Assembly: GCA_964486045.1 (NCBI GenBank)
Contig: CAZALK010000008.1
Coordinates: 128,001-192,000 of the forward strand
Direction of reading: 5' to 3'
DNA: 64,000 nucleotides
From: an uncultured archaeon
Lineage (GTDB): Archaea; Asgardarchaeota; Lokiarchaeia; Sigyniarchaeales; SOKP01
Numbering within the stretch: the stretch's first letter is position 1; each line of letters opens with the position of its first letter. Positions 39,001 to 47,473 of this stretch are shown piece after piece. A program made the translations under genes and the position numbers. The notes below the pieces were generated by a model. It saw nothing but the letters and a program-made list of their open reading frames with translations. It was not told the DNA's origin and did not search any database.

Positions 39001-41319
39001 ATTTCTGATTTGGTTGATAAAGCAGCTAAATTGGAGAGAGAACATGATTCAGCTTTGAAGAAGGCATTAAAAAAGGGAGAAGTTATTGATAAAACCCCTT
39101 ATCCGGAAATTATCGAGATTTACAAACAAATTAAAAACGATTTAACTGATAAAGGATGGATAGAACAAGTACAGATTTACTCAAATCAAATAAAAATTTA
39201 TGAAAAGAAATTAAAAAAAAGTGAAAAGTTACACCAAGTCGAAGCGAAAAAAGCAGATAGACAAAGAGATATTGATGAAATGCATAGAGTCAGAGAAGAA
39301 TTAAAACCAGAAAAAGTAAACGAAACAGTGGGAGAGATTAAAGAGGAAGATATATTATTAGATAATGCTATGAGCCTAATAGATGAAGCTGAAAGATCCG
39401 TCAAAAATTATGAATTAAGTATTAAAACAGATGTCTTATTATACGAAAGTCCTTATGAAAAAGCTATTGAAAATTACCAAGAAGCGAAAAAACTATTCCA
39501 AAAGATTGGTTGGAATGAAGAAGCTTCTCGGTTAGTTAATACCATCAAATTTTATAAGAAAAAAAATGAGAAGGATGAAAATTTAAGGCAATTAGAGAAA
39601 AAGAAATTAGAAGAATTAACTATTGAGAAAGTTTTAGTTAAGGACGACACAAAAAAAGGCAATTTCGCACGTGAAAAAAGGATTTTAGAATTTGAGAAAC
39701 AAAAGAAAGAGAAAAGTGAAGCAGCAGAAAAGATTTTTAACGAAATCCAGAAAGCTGAAAAAATGGCACAGGAGTATGAAATAAAGAAAAAGGAGATTAT
39801 CTTTGATCATAAAGCACCGTATGATGAAATTCTAAAGATCTATCGTGAAGCTAGAAAAAACCTCGAGGAAATTGGTTGGATAGAGGAATCTATGCATATT
39901 GTAAATACAATAAGATTCTATAAAGAAAAATTTGAGAAAGATAAAAGATTACGTGCGTTAGAAATTGCGAAAGGTGAAAAACGAGATGAGGAATTATTAC
40001 AACAGCAAACTTTGTTAAAACAAGCAAAGAAAGAGCAAGAAACACTCCTCAAAAGAAGAAAAGAGTCAAGGTTACTACAAAAAGAAAAGGTGAATACATT
40101 TGAAACAGCAAAAGATAAAGCATTTATTTTAATGGATAAAGCAAAAGTTGAATTAAATTCAAATAATTTTGAAAATGCCATTCAATTTTATAAGGAAAGT
40201 GAAGAAATATTCTCTGAAATTAGCTGGCAAGAAGGAGTTAATATGGTAATAGATTCGATTGCAATGATCAAGAGAAGAAAAAAATCCTTTGAATTTGAAC
40301 AAGCGAACATTGAAAAGGAAAGACTAGAAAAATTGAATATCGAGTCAAAATTAGAAGAGAAGTTTGCTAAGGCTGAAGAATTAAGGAAACTTCAGCAGGA
40401 GGAAAAGAGAAAAGAATTCTTAAAAATCCAAAGTGAGAAACAATGGGAAAGAGAAATATCAGAGGAAGCTTACAAACTTTTAGAACAAGGGACATCACTA
40501 CTAGAACGCAAAAAATTTGAAGAAGCGAATGAAAAGTATATAGAAGCTCGCAAATTATTTGATAAAATTTCATGGAAGCGAGAAGTTTCTCGTATAAACA
40601 ATGAACTTCTTTTCGTACTTAAACGAGAGAAAAAGATTCATGAAGTTCTTGGGGATATAAAAAAGAAAAAAGAAGAAGAAGAAAAACAAATGGAGAAGTT
40701 GAAAAAAGAAACTGAAAGAGAACGTCGTGAATTAAAAAAGCAGAAGAAAGACGATAAACGCAAATTAGCTAGAGAAGAATTTGATAAGAAAATATTTAGA
40801 GAATTAGAGAGAGCAAAAAGATTTATTAATGATTTCAAATATAATGAAGGAATTCTTCTTATGATTAGAGAGAAGAAAAAGTTAAGAAAATTAGTAAATG
40901 ATGAGGAAATAAAGAGGATCGAAGAAATAATTAACGATGTGAAAGATAAAGCAGAAATTCCATTAGTTACATTTGAACCCCTAGGTAACATTGGAAACCA
41001 TGAAAAATTCGAAACCACATATAAAGCACTAGATAAAGCCCAAGTTTCATTGGAAAATGATCAGCTCATGAAAGCTGTTTCTGAATTAAACGAAGCAAAG
41101 GCCAACCTCAAAGTTCTTAAAATGGGTAAAAAATATATCAGTGATATAGATAAAAAGATTCGTGAATTGCAGGAAAGATTAGGGAAAAAACCTCCTAAAG
41201 AAGACTTTGAAGCTAAAGAAAAAGAACATGACGCTGAGATGGACAGGTTAAAGGCTCGAATTGCAGCGAGAAGAGAAGAAAGAAGAAAAAAAGTATTAGA
41301 CTTATTAAAAAAAGATTAG
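36034..41319 (+). CDS. 1761-aa alpha-helical repeat protein (MIT/TPR-like bundles linked by charged coiled coils)
   Basis: E/K-rich. Repeated A..L...A......y..A...Y..A...F..igW units and eight long internal repeats. Confidence 0.85.
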   Translation: MNFMNERKEEDSDENGFDPTKDAFFSDLMGMEEEVASEAYELVEHAIHLTETKYFDDSIEILRQAIGLYSQINRVDEIKAINEKISEIYLLKEELFRESEGKSEKHEVEEEDVKISDVEKDSTLEPELIQKEIEVDPKIQAEQLVREGKELLETNNFEETLNKYDQAVEILEEAKNSEEIERIFELIEVCYKKKAEFLRNVKKIPLSAEVEKEEEQKELTEVELKEEKLKQYLISKKKEEEISSHAYEVLGKAAQLASTKQYDKALQLYKEGAKYFQDLNWTYEVKKVQDTIIQLENEKLVFLKRFDEQRIRREEKLQSQTEEVETIGQKEMDLEEQEKLAKLERLKAIENQKMETDFFKSQIDNMATEALRMAREYELSMQKAIKKGDLVEDCIYPQVIKAYEKIKELLIDKGWNSEVAIYDDTIQVYHQKLKQDNKIRQIETEKVLRQLKSEEFIKLKKENEIPAPTESQVQVSEEQHRREIEEQKFRTNIDEITIRAERLAREYEVALRKGKFELKCPYPEIIKIYNTAMQKSQERGWETDIAIFSSQILAFTEKLEKDKRLRQIEAEKILKQKEMGEILKIQKDDKLSGLEEAKLSTSKVKTDKEVEDQEFEQLINDMVKKAELLAREYDLAMKKAVRQGKLANNPPFAEIIKIYEKVRQMVVSKERNEEAAAYKNQINFYSQKLQKDKNLRDIEVKKAERRKEIKDMHKVDRKVGIDEEKLSTTDRKKEEEVEFERYITNNIDNAEKLVREYEISMRKAMRKGEILENTPYSEVIDIYKDILEKVYAKGWKEQTEVYTNQIKIYQKKLDKHVKLLEIEAKKVEKQKEIDEMHKADQKVEVDEEKLSAIERKKVEEEDFERNITNMIDEAEKLVRDYESNMRKAMKKGEILENTPYSEVIDMYKEIREKVYARGWKTQAEVYANQIKIYQEKLDKHVKLHEVEAKKVDRQKDIDDMLKIGKQFEVDHKKLKSLKKKKEGDVFQKYISDLVDKAAKLEREHDSALKKALKKGEVIDKTPYPEIIEIYKQIKNDLTDKGWIEQVQIYSNQIKIYEKKLKKSEKLHQVEAKKADRQRDIDEMHRVREELKPEKVNETVGEIKEEDILLDNAMSLIDEAERSVKNYELSIKTDVLLYESPYEKAIENYQEAKKLFQKIGWNEEASRLVNTIKFYKKKNEKDENLRQLEKKKLEELTIEKVLVKDDTKKGNFAREKRILEFEKQKKEKSEAAEKIFNEIQKAEKMAQEYEIKKKEIIFDHKAPYDEILKIYREARKNLEEIGWIEESMHIVNTIRFYKEKFEKDKRLRALEIAKGEKRDEELLQQQTLLKQAKKEQETLLKRRKESRLLQKEKVNTFETAKDKAFILMDKAKVELNSNNFENAIQFYKESEEIFSEISWQEGVNMVIDSIAMIKRRKKSFEFEQANIEKERLEKLNIESKLEEKFAKAEELRKLQQEEKRKEFLKIQSEKQWEREISEEAYKLLEQGTSLLERKKFEEANEKYIEARKLFDKISWKREVSRINNELLFVLKREKKIHEVLGDIKKKKEEEEKQMEKLKKETERERRELKKQKKDDKRKLAREEFDKKIFRELERAKRFINDFKYNEGILLMIREKKKLRKLVNDEEIKRIEEIINDVKDKAEIPLVTFEPLGNIGNHEKFETTYKALDKAQVSLENDQLMKAVSELNEAKANLKVLKMGKKYISDIDKKIRELQERLGKKPPKEDFEAKEKEHDAEMDRLKARIAARREERRKKVLDLLKKD
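37141..39960 (+). repeat. Eight intragenic repeats of ~122-130 codons
   Basis: Unit starts at 37141, 37531, 37909, 38281, 38653, 39022, 39388 and 39754 (A..LAREYE...PY.EII.IY...GW...NQIK.Y..KL). Units 4 and 5 (372-nt offset) are very similar at DNA level. Confidence 0.85.
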
Positions 41320-41325
41320 AGTTAT

Positions 41326-42213
41326 TTATTCTGCCAATTTTTCCTTAATCTTGGCAACTAATTTTCCAGATTCTTCTGAATCTGTGATAAATTCGATTTG
41401 ATCTGGTGAGGAAACCCCGATTTGCAGTTCTACTGCTCGTTTAATTTGTTCTTGGTCAAAGATAGAGCCGTTAGATACTTCAGGAGTTGTCCCAAGAATT
41501 CGAAGTATAGCAACTCCAACAGCATCAATGGCTACCTTATCTGTACCTGCAACAAAGACATTTGCTTCTTTTCGAGTTCCTTCCATTGGGCCACGATCTA
41601 CAAAGCTAATAATACCATCCATAATAATTAAATCTGGTTTATAGACCGCATTAATTTCAGCGATCATTTTCCTTTGATCTTTTGATGAATGGAGCTCAGG
41701 CATGTATTTCTTATTTACTAATCCAACGGCATTCTTTAATGATAAGGTAAAGTGACCCCCAAACATATGGGTTTTTAAACAACAAGTTTCCACAATGCAT
41801 TCTGCTTCATCATAAATTTTGGGAAATAGAAACCCATCTTTCCAGTGGGAATTTTCTGGTTTTTTGAGAATAAAATCTTCATCAGGTACTCCTGTGAGAT
41901 CTACTGTCGTAAAATCTAATTCTTCTGCTAGTTTGTACAATCCTTTTTTCTTAAATGTTTCAGATGTGTTAGCTGGACCAGCACGTTCTGCAACTACTAT
42001 AGATTTCGCACCCATTTCTTTTACCTTGATAATAAGCTTTTTTATAGTCTCCATTGAACTAGAAGCCGGAGGAGGATCTGCAGTGTTAAAGTTTGGTTTG
42101 AAAATTACATTTTTATTTTTTACAGGATTGATACCTAATAGCTCTATGGCTTTATCAACGCCATAAACACGACTATTAGTCGATACGACTGCTATTTTAG
42201 AAATTTTATCCAT
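41326..42213 (-). CDS. DUF362 domain protein
   Basis: VIFKPNFN, LKTH..GHFTLSLKNAVG, DLIIMDG..GP and D.VAIDA motifs. Confidence 0.88.
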   Translation of the reverse strand: MDKISKIAVVSTNSRVYGVDKAIELLGINPVKNKNVIFKPNFNTADPPPASSSMETIKKLIIKVKEMGAKSIVVAERAGPANTSETFKKKGLYKLAEELDFTTVDLTGVPDEDFILKKPENSHWKDGFLFPKIYDEAECIVETCCLKTHMFGGHFTLSLKNAVGLVNKKYMPELHSSKDQRKMIAEINAVYKPDLIIMDGIISFVDRGPMEGTRKEANVFVAGTDKVAIDAVGVAILRILGTTPEVSNGSIFDQEQIKRAVELQIGVSSPDQIEFITDSEESGKLVAKIKEKLAE

Positions 42214-42337
42214 ATTAGGTAGTAAATTGTTATTTATTGAATTAAAATTTATCTGGTAACCAAATTAAGTAGCTAAAAAGTCTTTAGGACATGTTTGACA
42301 AGGATTAAATATATAAGGAAAAAATAAGAAAAGAAAA

Positions 42338-42568
42338 CTAAGCAAATAATTTTTCATGAATTTCATTTTCTATTTCTGGCTCTATCGAGCTTAGAGGTGT
42401 ATTTCTATTTATAGATTCTTCAATCAAATATTCCGTTTTAATTAGATCACGAATTGCTACGCGTATAGCTTCTGATCGATTAGGGAATTTACTTTCTGAT
42501 ACAAAAATCTCTAAAATTTTTAGATAAGATTCAGGCAGATTTACTGAGATTAATTTTATAACAATCAC
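42338..42568 (-). CDS. Ribbon-helix-helix transcription regulator (CopG/Arc/MetJ, CdrS-like)
   Basis: KLISVNLPESYL...FPNRSEAIRVAIRDLI. Confidence 0.88.
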   Translation of the reverse strand: MIVIKLISVNLPESYLKILEIFVSESKFPNRSEAIRVAIRDLIKTEYLIEESINRNTPLSSIEPEIENEIHEKLFA

Positions 42569-42776
42569 CTTGGCAATATTTGTTTAATTTTATAAATATA
42601 TATCACTCTCATATGTATTTAAAGATTTAGTGGAAATAAACCCCAAGAAATCCGACTAAATATTGAAATGTTTTTTTTGTTTTCCTCTTTGGAGTAATTT
42701 GTAGATTTTTGCATTGGTTATTTCCCAGAACTTTAAATCATATACAAGATTTTTTTTTTACAAAAATTTTTATATA

Positions 42777-42806
42777 TGTATTACATGTTACACGTAACAC
42801 ATGTAA
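42777..42806. promoter_or_regulatory. Nested palindromes, candidate operator in a divergent promoter region
   Basis: tgtattaca (42777-85), tgttac-ac-gtaaca (42786-99) and ttacatg...catgtaa (42781-42806), just after a TATATA run. Confidence 0.45.
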
Positions 42807-42840
42807 GAAATGAATTAAAAAAAAATCTAAACGATAAATC

Positions 42841-43164
42841 ATGGCAACTATTGAAACCCAGCTAAAAGAGCACTTAAAAAGTGGAGCAGATTGGGAAAAA
42901 ATGGAGACTCCTATAGAAGGAGTAAATGTGGTAAAAGTCCCCGCTACTAAGACAAGACCCCCACTTTTATTTCTAGAAATTAACCCTTTGAAGGAGGATG
43001 GTAAGCCATTAAAAAGAAAAGGGTTATTTGTTGGCAGTAAAGAAATGCTAATAAAATTTAGTGAAGCTTTAAATGATGATAAGACATTTCAATTAATTGG
43101 AGAGTTAGAAAAAATCAATCCAAAAGTGTCTAGGAATGGAATAGCCAAAAAATTAGAAATGTAG
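42841..43164 (+). CDS. Hypothetical protein
   Basis: 107-aa ORF (DWEKMETP.EGV.VVKVP...LEINP...GKP.KRKGL) with poly-T after the stop. Confidence 0.75.
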   Translation: MATIETQLKEHLKSGADWEKMETPIEGVNVVKVPATKTRPPLLFLEINPLKEDGKPLKRKGLFVGSKEMLIKFSEALNDDKTFQLIGELEKINPKVSRNGIAKKLEM

Positions 43165-43287
43165 ATTAAAAATTTTTTTATTTACTTATTTTTTTTGTAT
43201 ATGGATCTAATTAAGTCAGAAGATCACAAATCAACCTCTCCCTCCCTGATTATACTTGTACTAATGGCACTAATTAATTAATATATC

Positions 43288-44247
43288 ATGTTAGAGACAT
43301 TTACTGATTTTATGATTTTTGAAGTTAAAGACAACGGAGAATATCCTAGATTAAACATTTCAGAAAAGACTTTCCGTCAGAATAATGGAAATAATGTATT
43401 AAAGCCATTACAATCGGTAATAATTGTTAAAGAAGAACTTAGAAGAATATATTTATGGAAAGGAATGTCATCTACGGTGAGAAAGAAATTCATAGCATCT
43501 CGGGTTGCATCAGAAATACAAAGAGAATTAACAAATTCATCAAATTTTCATCGGTGCAAGATTGTTTCAGTTGATCAAGGAGACGAACCTAAAGAGTTCC
43601 TGAAAAGTTTTGATTTCCAAAAGAACCCTATTATTATTGATAATGATGTACCCATCGTTTATAATATTGGAAATATTGATACATCAAATAATGGAGCTCA
43701 ATTACGGGGAGAACGTTTTATAATTAAGGATAGGCAGTTAGAATATAAAGAAACTAAAGATTTTACTTACTCCACCGAAAAATCTCCTTCGTATGAATAT
43801 TTAAAAAAAATTCAAAAAACAGAAGAGATTTTAGAGAAAGTTTTAAAATCTAGTACCCCTGAGCATTTCACACGCAAAAACATTCTAATTGGAAATAGCA
43901 TCCTCTATGGTGAAATTATAAAAAAAGCAGAAGTTTTTAGTAATCAAATCGAAGAAAAAGGGTGGGAAGAAATTTCAAGCTTTCCAACAGATATCTTTGA
44001 AATCGAGGGAGCTAAACTCCGAATCCGCATTAATAAAGAATTAAGAGAAATTGAAGCGATAGAAATATTAGAAAAAACACAAATATACGAAAATCTAATA
44101 GAAAAACATAAGAATACTGATTATAAAAAATGGACTGTAAAGCAATTGAAGCAATACTGTCACAAAAATGCTATAAAGATTCCATCTTCTTATCGAAAAG
44201 CAGATATAGTTCGTTTGGTTTTAAACTTTAATTCATTACAAAAATGA
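43288..44247 (+). CDS. Gelsolin-like domain protein with C-terminal SAP/HeH/Rho-N-like helical motif
   Basis: VIIV...RIYLWKG..S..RKKFIA..VA..I...IVSVDQGDEPKEF gelsolin pattern. C-terminus is YKKWTVKQLKQYC....IKIPSSYRKADIVRLV. Confidence 0.75.
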   Translation: MLETFTDFMIFEVKDNGEYPRLNISEKTFRQNNGNNVLKPLQSVIIVKEELRRIYLWKGMSSTVRKKFIASRVASEIQRELTNSSNFHRCKIVSVDQGDEPKEFLKSFDFQKNPIIIDNDVPIVYNIGNIDTSNNGAQLRGERFIIKDRQLEYKETKDFTYSTEKSPSYEYLKKIQKTEEILEKVLKSSTPEHFTRKNILIGNSILYGEIIKKAEVFSNQIEEKGWEEISSFPTDIFEIEGAKLRIRINKELREIEAIEILEKTQIYENLIEKHKNTDYKKWTVKQLKQYCHKNAIKIPSSYRKADIVRLVLNFNSLQK

Positions 44248-44391
44248 AAACATTTATTGTAAAAACACTTCAGTACTTTGAAGGAGAAAATAAAACTGTC
44301 ATTGGTTTGATTTTCGAAATCGTTTAATTTTTAATTAAGTATTTTATTTATTAATATAACATAGAAATTGTAAAAAATAAGTGTAAAAAAT

Positions 44392-44676
44392 ATGGTTCAA
44401 GAAGATGGTCATCACTGTATTGCCTGTGGAAAAGATCAATTTTCTCTTGCACATGATGAATGGATGAGGAGAGCTTTTCTTTTCGTCGAACAAGGACAAT
44501 TAAAGATGTGTGCGGGATGTGGGGCAAAGTATTTAGTCTGCAAGCAATGTGGGGGTTTGTTTACTCGAGTACATCCTGCATTAGAGAGTTGGGAAGTCAA
44601 TCAGAAATGTCCGGCTTGTGGAGCTGAAGATCCTGCTGTAAAAGCTTGGGATGGAACTTCAGCAAGGCACACATAA
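44392..44676 (+). CDS. Small zinc-finger protein (four CxxC)
   Basis: CIAC, CAGC, CKQC and CPAC motifs. Confidence 0.8.
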   Translation: MVQEDGHHCIACGKDQFSLAHDEWMRRAFLFVEQGQLKMCAGCGAKYLVCKQCGGLFTRVHPALESWEVNQKCPACGAEDPAVKAWDGTSARHT

Positions 44677-44925
44677 ACCAGTATTTAAGAGGATCTTATA
44701 GTTTCTAATCCTTAAATGGGATAAAGATATAACTTTTATTGAATCTTAATTCTGAGATAATCAAAAAATTAAATATTTTTAAGAGAGTGTAAATTTAGAA
44801 ATTATTTCAATTTAAAGAAAATTACAGAATATCGGTTTTTTATTAAATAAAAGTCAAGTAAATTTAAATTTTAATGTATCAATACTTATTTTATTAGAAT
44901 TAAGTCATATGAAAATTTTTCAGAA

Positions 44926-45390
44926 ATGTCGAACGTTAGAGTTGAGATCGCTTCTCCAGAGAATATCGAGGAATTAAAGAGTTTAACCAAATTTTTGGTA
45001 GAAGAATTAGGTCAAGTGTTTGATCCACAGCGATTTGATTGGGGAATTCGCCGTAGAATATTTGATCCCCTTCAAAGACACGGTATACTCCTTGCTATTG
45101 ATGAAGATGATAACTCCGTAGTAGGAATGATTGTTGCAGAACTTCGAATTGATCCTTTTGGATCATCTGAAGGATACATCAAACAATTCTTTTTAAAAGA
45201 AGAATATCGACGAAAGGGTACGGGGAGCGTTTTATTAAAGAAAGCAATGGAGCATCTTAAAAGAATCAAAGTCGAAAAGGTTAAGGTAAATATAAAGGAT
45301 AAAGCTTTAGAAGCCGCAAATCTTTATGAAAAAATGAATTTTAAGAAAGTTTATGAGGTTTTACAATTAGATTTAGCACATAAGGATTAA
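44926..45390 (+). CDS. GNAT family N-acetyltransferase
   Basis: EYRRKGTG acetyl-CoA motif and A.NLYEKMNF. Confidence 0.88.
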   Translation: MSNVRVEIASPENIEELKSLTKFLVEELGQVFDPQRFDWGIRRRIFDPLQRHGILLAIDEDDNSVVGMIVAELRIDPFGSSEGYIKQFFLKEEYRRKGTGSVLLKKAMEHLKRIKVEKVKVNIKDKALEAANLYEKMNFKKVYEVLQLDLAHKD

Positions 45391-45414
45391 AGGCATAAAA
45401 CATACGTTACAAAA

Positions 45415-46383
45415 ATGAGCTTAGAAATCCCTTGGGTTGAAAAATATCGACCTACAGATTTTATCGATATCGTGAGTCAAAATGTTGCCGTTAGCTGTTT
45501 AAAAGAATTTATAACAGCCCCTAATATGCCTCATATGGTCTTTACGGGGCCAGCAGGAACGGGAAAAACTAGCACTGCTTTAATAATCGTAAAAAAATTC
45601 CTCAAAGGGGAAGATCTAAGCACGAAACTCTTGGAAGTGAATGCCTCTGATACAGTGAGGATTGATTTCGTTCGAAATGTTTTAAAGAACTTCATTAATC
45701 AAAACCTCATAAAAGACGGTTCCTTAAAGTTCGTAATTTTAGATGAGGCAGATAACATTCCTAGTCAAGTTCAACAAGCCCTTAGAAGAATAATTGAGAA
45801 AGCATCATCAAATATAAAATTCATTTTATTATGCAATTACATAAACCGAATTATAGATCCAATTATATCACGATGCGCCGTTTTTAGATTCGTACACCTC
45901 CCCAAAGAAAAGATTATTGAAAGATTGAAATATATTGCGAAAAAAGAGAATTTACAAATTCCTACAGAAAAATCCGAACAATTTTTTGAAATACTATTTT
46001 TCATATCTGGAGGAGATTTAAGAAAAGCAATTAATACTCTTCAAATGTCGGTATCACTAGAACTTATAGATAATTTAGAATTGAACGAAATTTTAAGAAT
46101 TTCCGGTTTTTTGGATAAGAATACTTTGGGAGATTTAATAGGTGCTCTTAAAAATAAAGATTTTGTGAAATCAAGAGAAATTATTGAAAGTACGGAAACT
46201 CTTGACAGCAGAAACTTTATTAGGCAATTAATAGAAGCCCTATCAAGTATCATTATTACCCCAAATAATATTCCCGCTTTAATATCCTTTATTGGAGAAA
46301 TCGACTTTCGAATAACTCAAGGGGCTAATGAGAAAGTCCAAGTTTCTGCACTTTTAGCTGAGATTATAGGAAACATTAAATAG
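45415..46383 (+). CDS. rfcS: Replication factor C small subunit
   Basis: PWVEKYRP, GPAGTGKT, NASD, LDEAD, SRC and GDLRKAIN motifs. Confidence 0.95.
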   Translation: MSLEIPWVEKYRPTDFIDIVSQNVAVSCLKEFITAPNMPHMVFTGPAGTGKTSTALIIVKKFLKGEDLSTKLLEVNASDTVRIDFVRNVLKNFINQNLIKDGSLKFVILDEADNIPSQVQQALRRIIEKASSNIKFILLCNYINRIIDPIISRCAVFRFVHLPKEKIIERLKYIAKKENLQIPTEKSEQFFEILFFISGGDLRKAINTLQMSVSLELIDNLELNEILRISGFLDKNTLGDLIGALKNKDFVKSREIIESTETLDSRNFIRQLIEALSSIIITPNNIPALISFIGEIDFRITQGANEKVQVSALLAEIIGNIK

Positions 46384-46426
46384 TAACTTTATATTTTAAT
46401 CAAAATTAGAAAAAACTTATAGAAAT

Positions 46427-47473
46427 TTGACTGAAGAAATCCCAATTTGGAGAATAAAGTATTATCCAAAGAGTCTAGACCAATTTTGTGGTAGAGTGGA
46501 GATAAAAGAAGCGTTAAAAAATATTATTATACAAAGAAATTTTCCCCATATGTTATTTGTTGGATCTGAGGGCATAGGAAAGAAAACTCTCGCTTCTTTA
46601 TTTTCTAAAGAATTTCTCGGAAAAAATTTTGATGCAAATTGCAAATTAGTGTATGCAAATGTCCCTTTAAGTGAAGAAGAGAGGAAACAAGCAAGATCTG
46701 AAGCATATGTCTCAACGAGTAAACTAGGGAGCATAGCAGGTAGAAGAATAACAACTCCGGCTTTTATACAAGTTAAAGTTAAACCATTTGTACAACTGAA
46801 AGTCCTAGGAGATGCGCCCTTTAAAATTTTGGTTGTAAAGAATTTCGAAGCTTTAGGATCAACCCAACAGGGTTTTAGAAGGTTAATGGAAAAATATGGC
46901 TCAAACTGTAGAATGATATTAATTACTACTAAGATTTCAAGTATTATCGATCCTATAGCAAGTAGATGTCAAATTTTTCTAATTCCTCGAGTCAGATATG
47001 GAGATTTTAAAAATTTGGTTATCGATATTGCTGATAAAGAGTCATTACAAGTTACAGATGAAGTCATTGAAGTTTTATACAAAATTTCCGAAGGTAAGAT
47101 AGCTCACGCGATAGATATTCTACAATTAGGAAGTGTTACGGGAAATGTAATTGATAAAAATGTTTTATATGAAAATGTTCTAAAATTTCAGAGTGATCTA
47201 CTAAGAAATCTTCTATTTTCATCTTTAAACGGCAATTTTCCAAAATCAAGGGAATTAGTCCGCAAAATAATTTCAACCTATAAATATAGTTCTCACGAAA
47301 TATTTAAGAACTTACTTGAAGAGTTAAATAAATTACCTTTGAGTAAATATGTGAGATGTAAAATAATCGATCTAATAGCTGAAGCAGATTTTAGAGCGCT
47401 AGATGGAAGAGATGGTGATATTCAAATATCGGCTTTATTATCAAAACTCTGTTTATTTAGTGAGTATCTATAG
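46427..47473 (+). CDS. Second RFC small subunit, degenerate ATPase (Rfc5/RFC3-like)
   Basis: WRIKYYP; Walker A GSEGIGKKT; Walker B position VVKNFE; RRLMEKY; SRC arginine finger retained. Confidence 0.88.
   Translation: MTEEIPIWRIKYYPKSLDQFCGRVEIKEALKNIIIQRNFPHMLFVGSEGIGKKTLASLFSKEFLGKNFDANCKLVYANVPLSEEERKQARSEAYVSTSKLGSIAGRRITTPAFIQVKVKPFVQLKVLGDAPFKILVVKNFEALGSTQQGFRRLMEKYGSNCRMILITTKISSIIDPIASRCQIFLIPRVRYGDFKNLVIDIADKESLQVTDEVIEVLYKISEGKIAHAIDILQLGSVTGNVIDKNVLYENVLKFQSDLLRNLLFSSLNGNFPKSRELVRKIISTYKYSSHEIFKNLLEELNKLPLSKYVRCKIIDLIAEADFRALDGRDGDIQISALLSKLCLFSEYL

Noticed and set aside
37141-39960. Long repeats considered as a CRISPR array or a DGR template/variable pair
   Set aside because: They are in-frame protein repeats with differences at all bases. 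There are no spacers, and no reverse transcriptase or cas genes are nearby.
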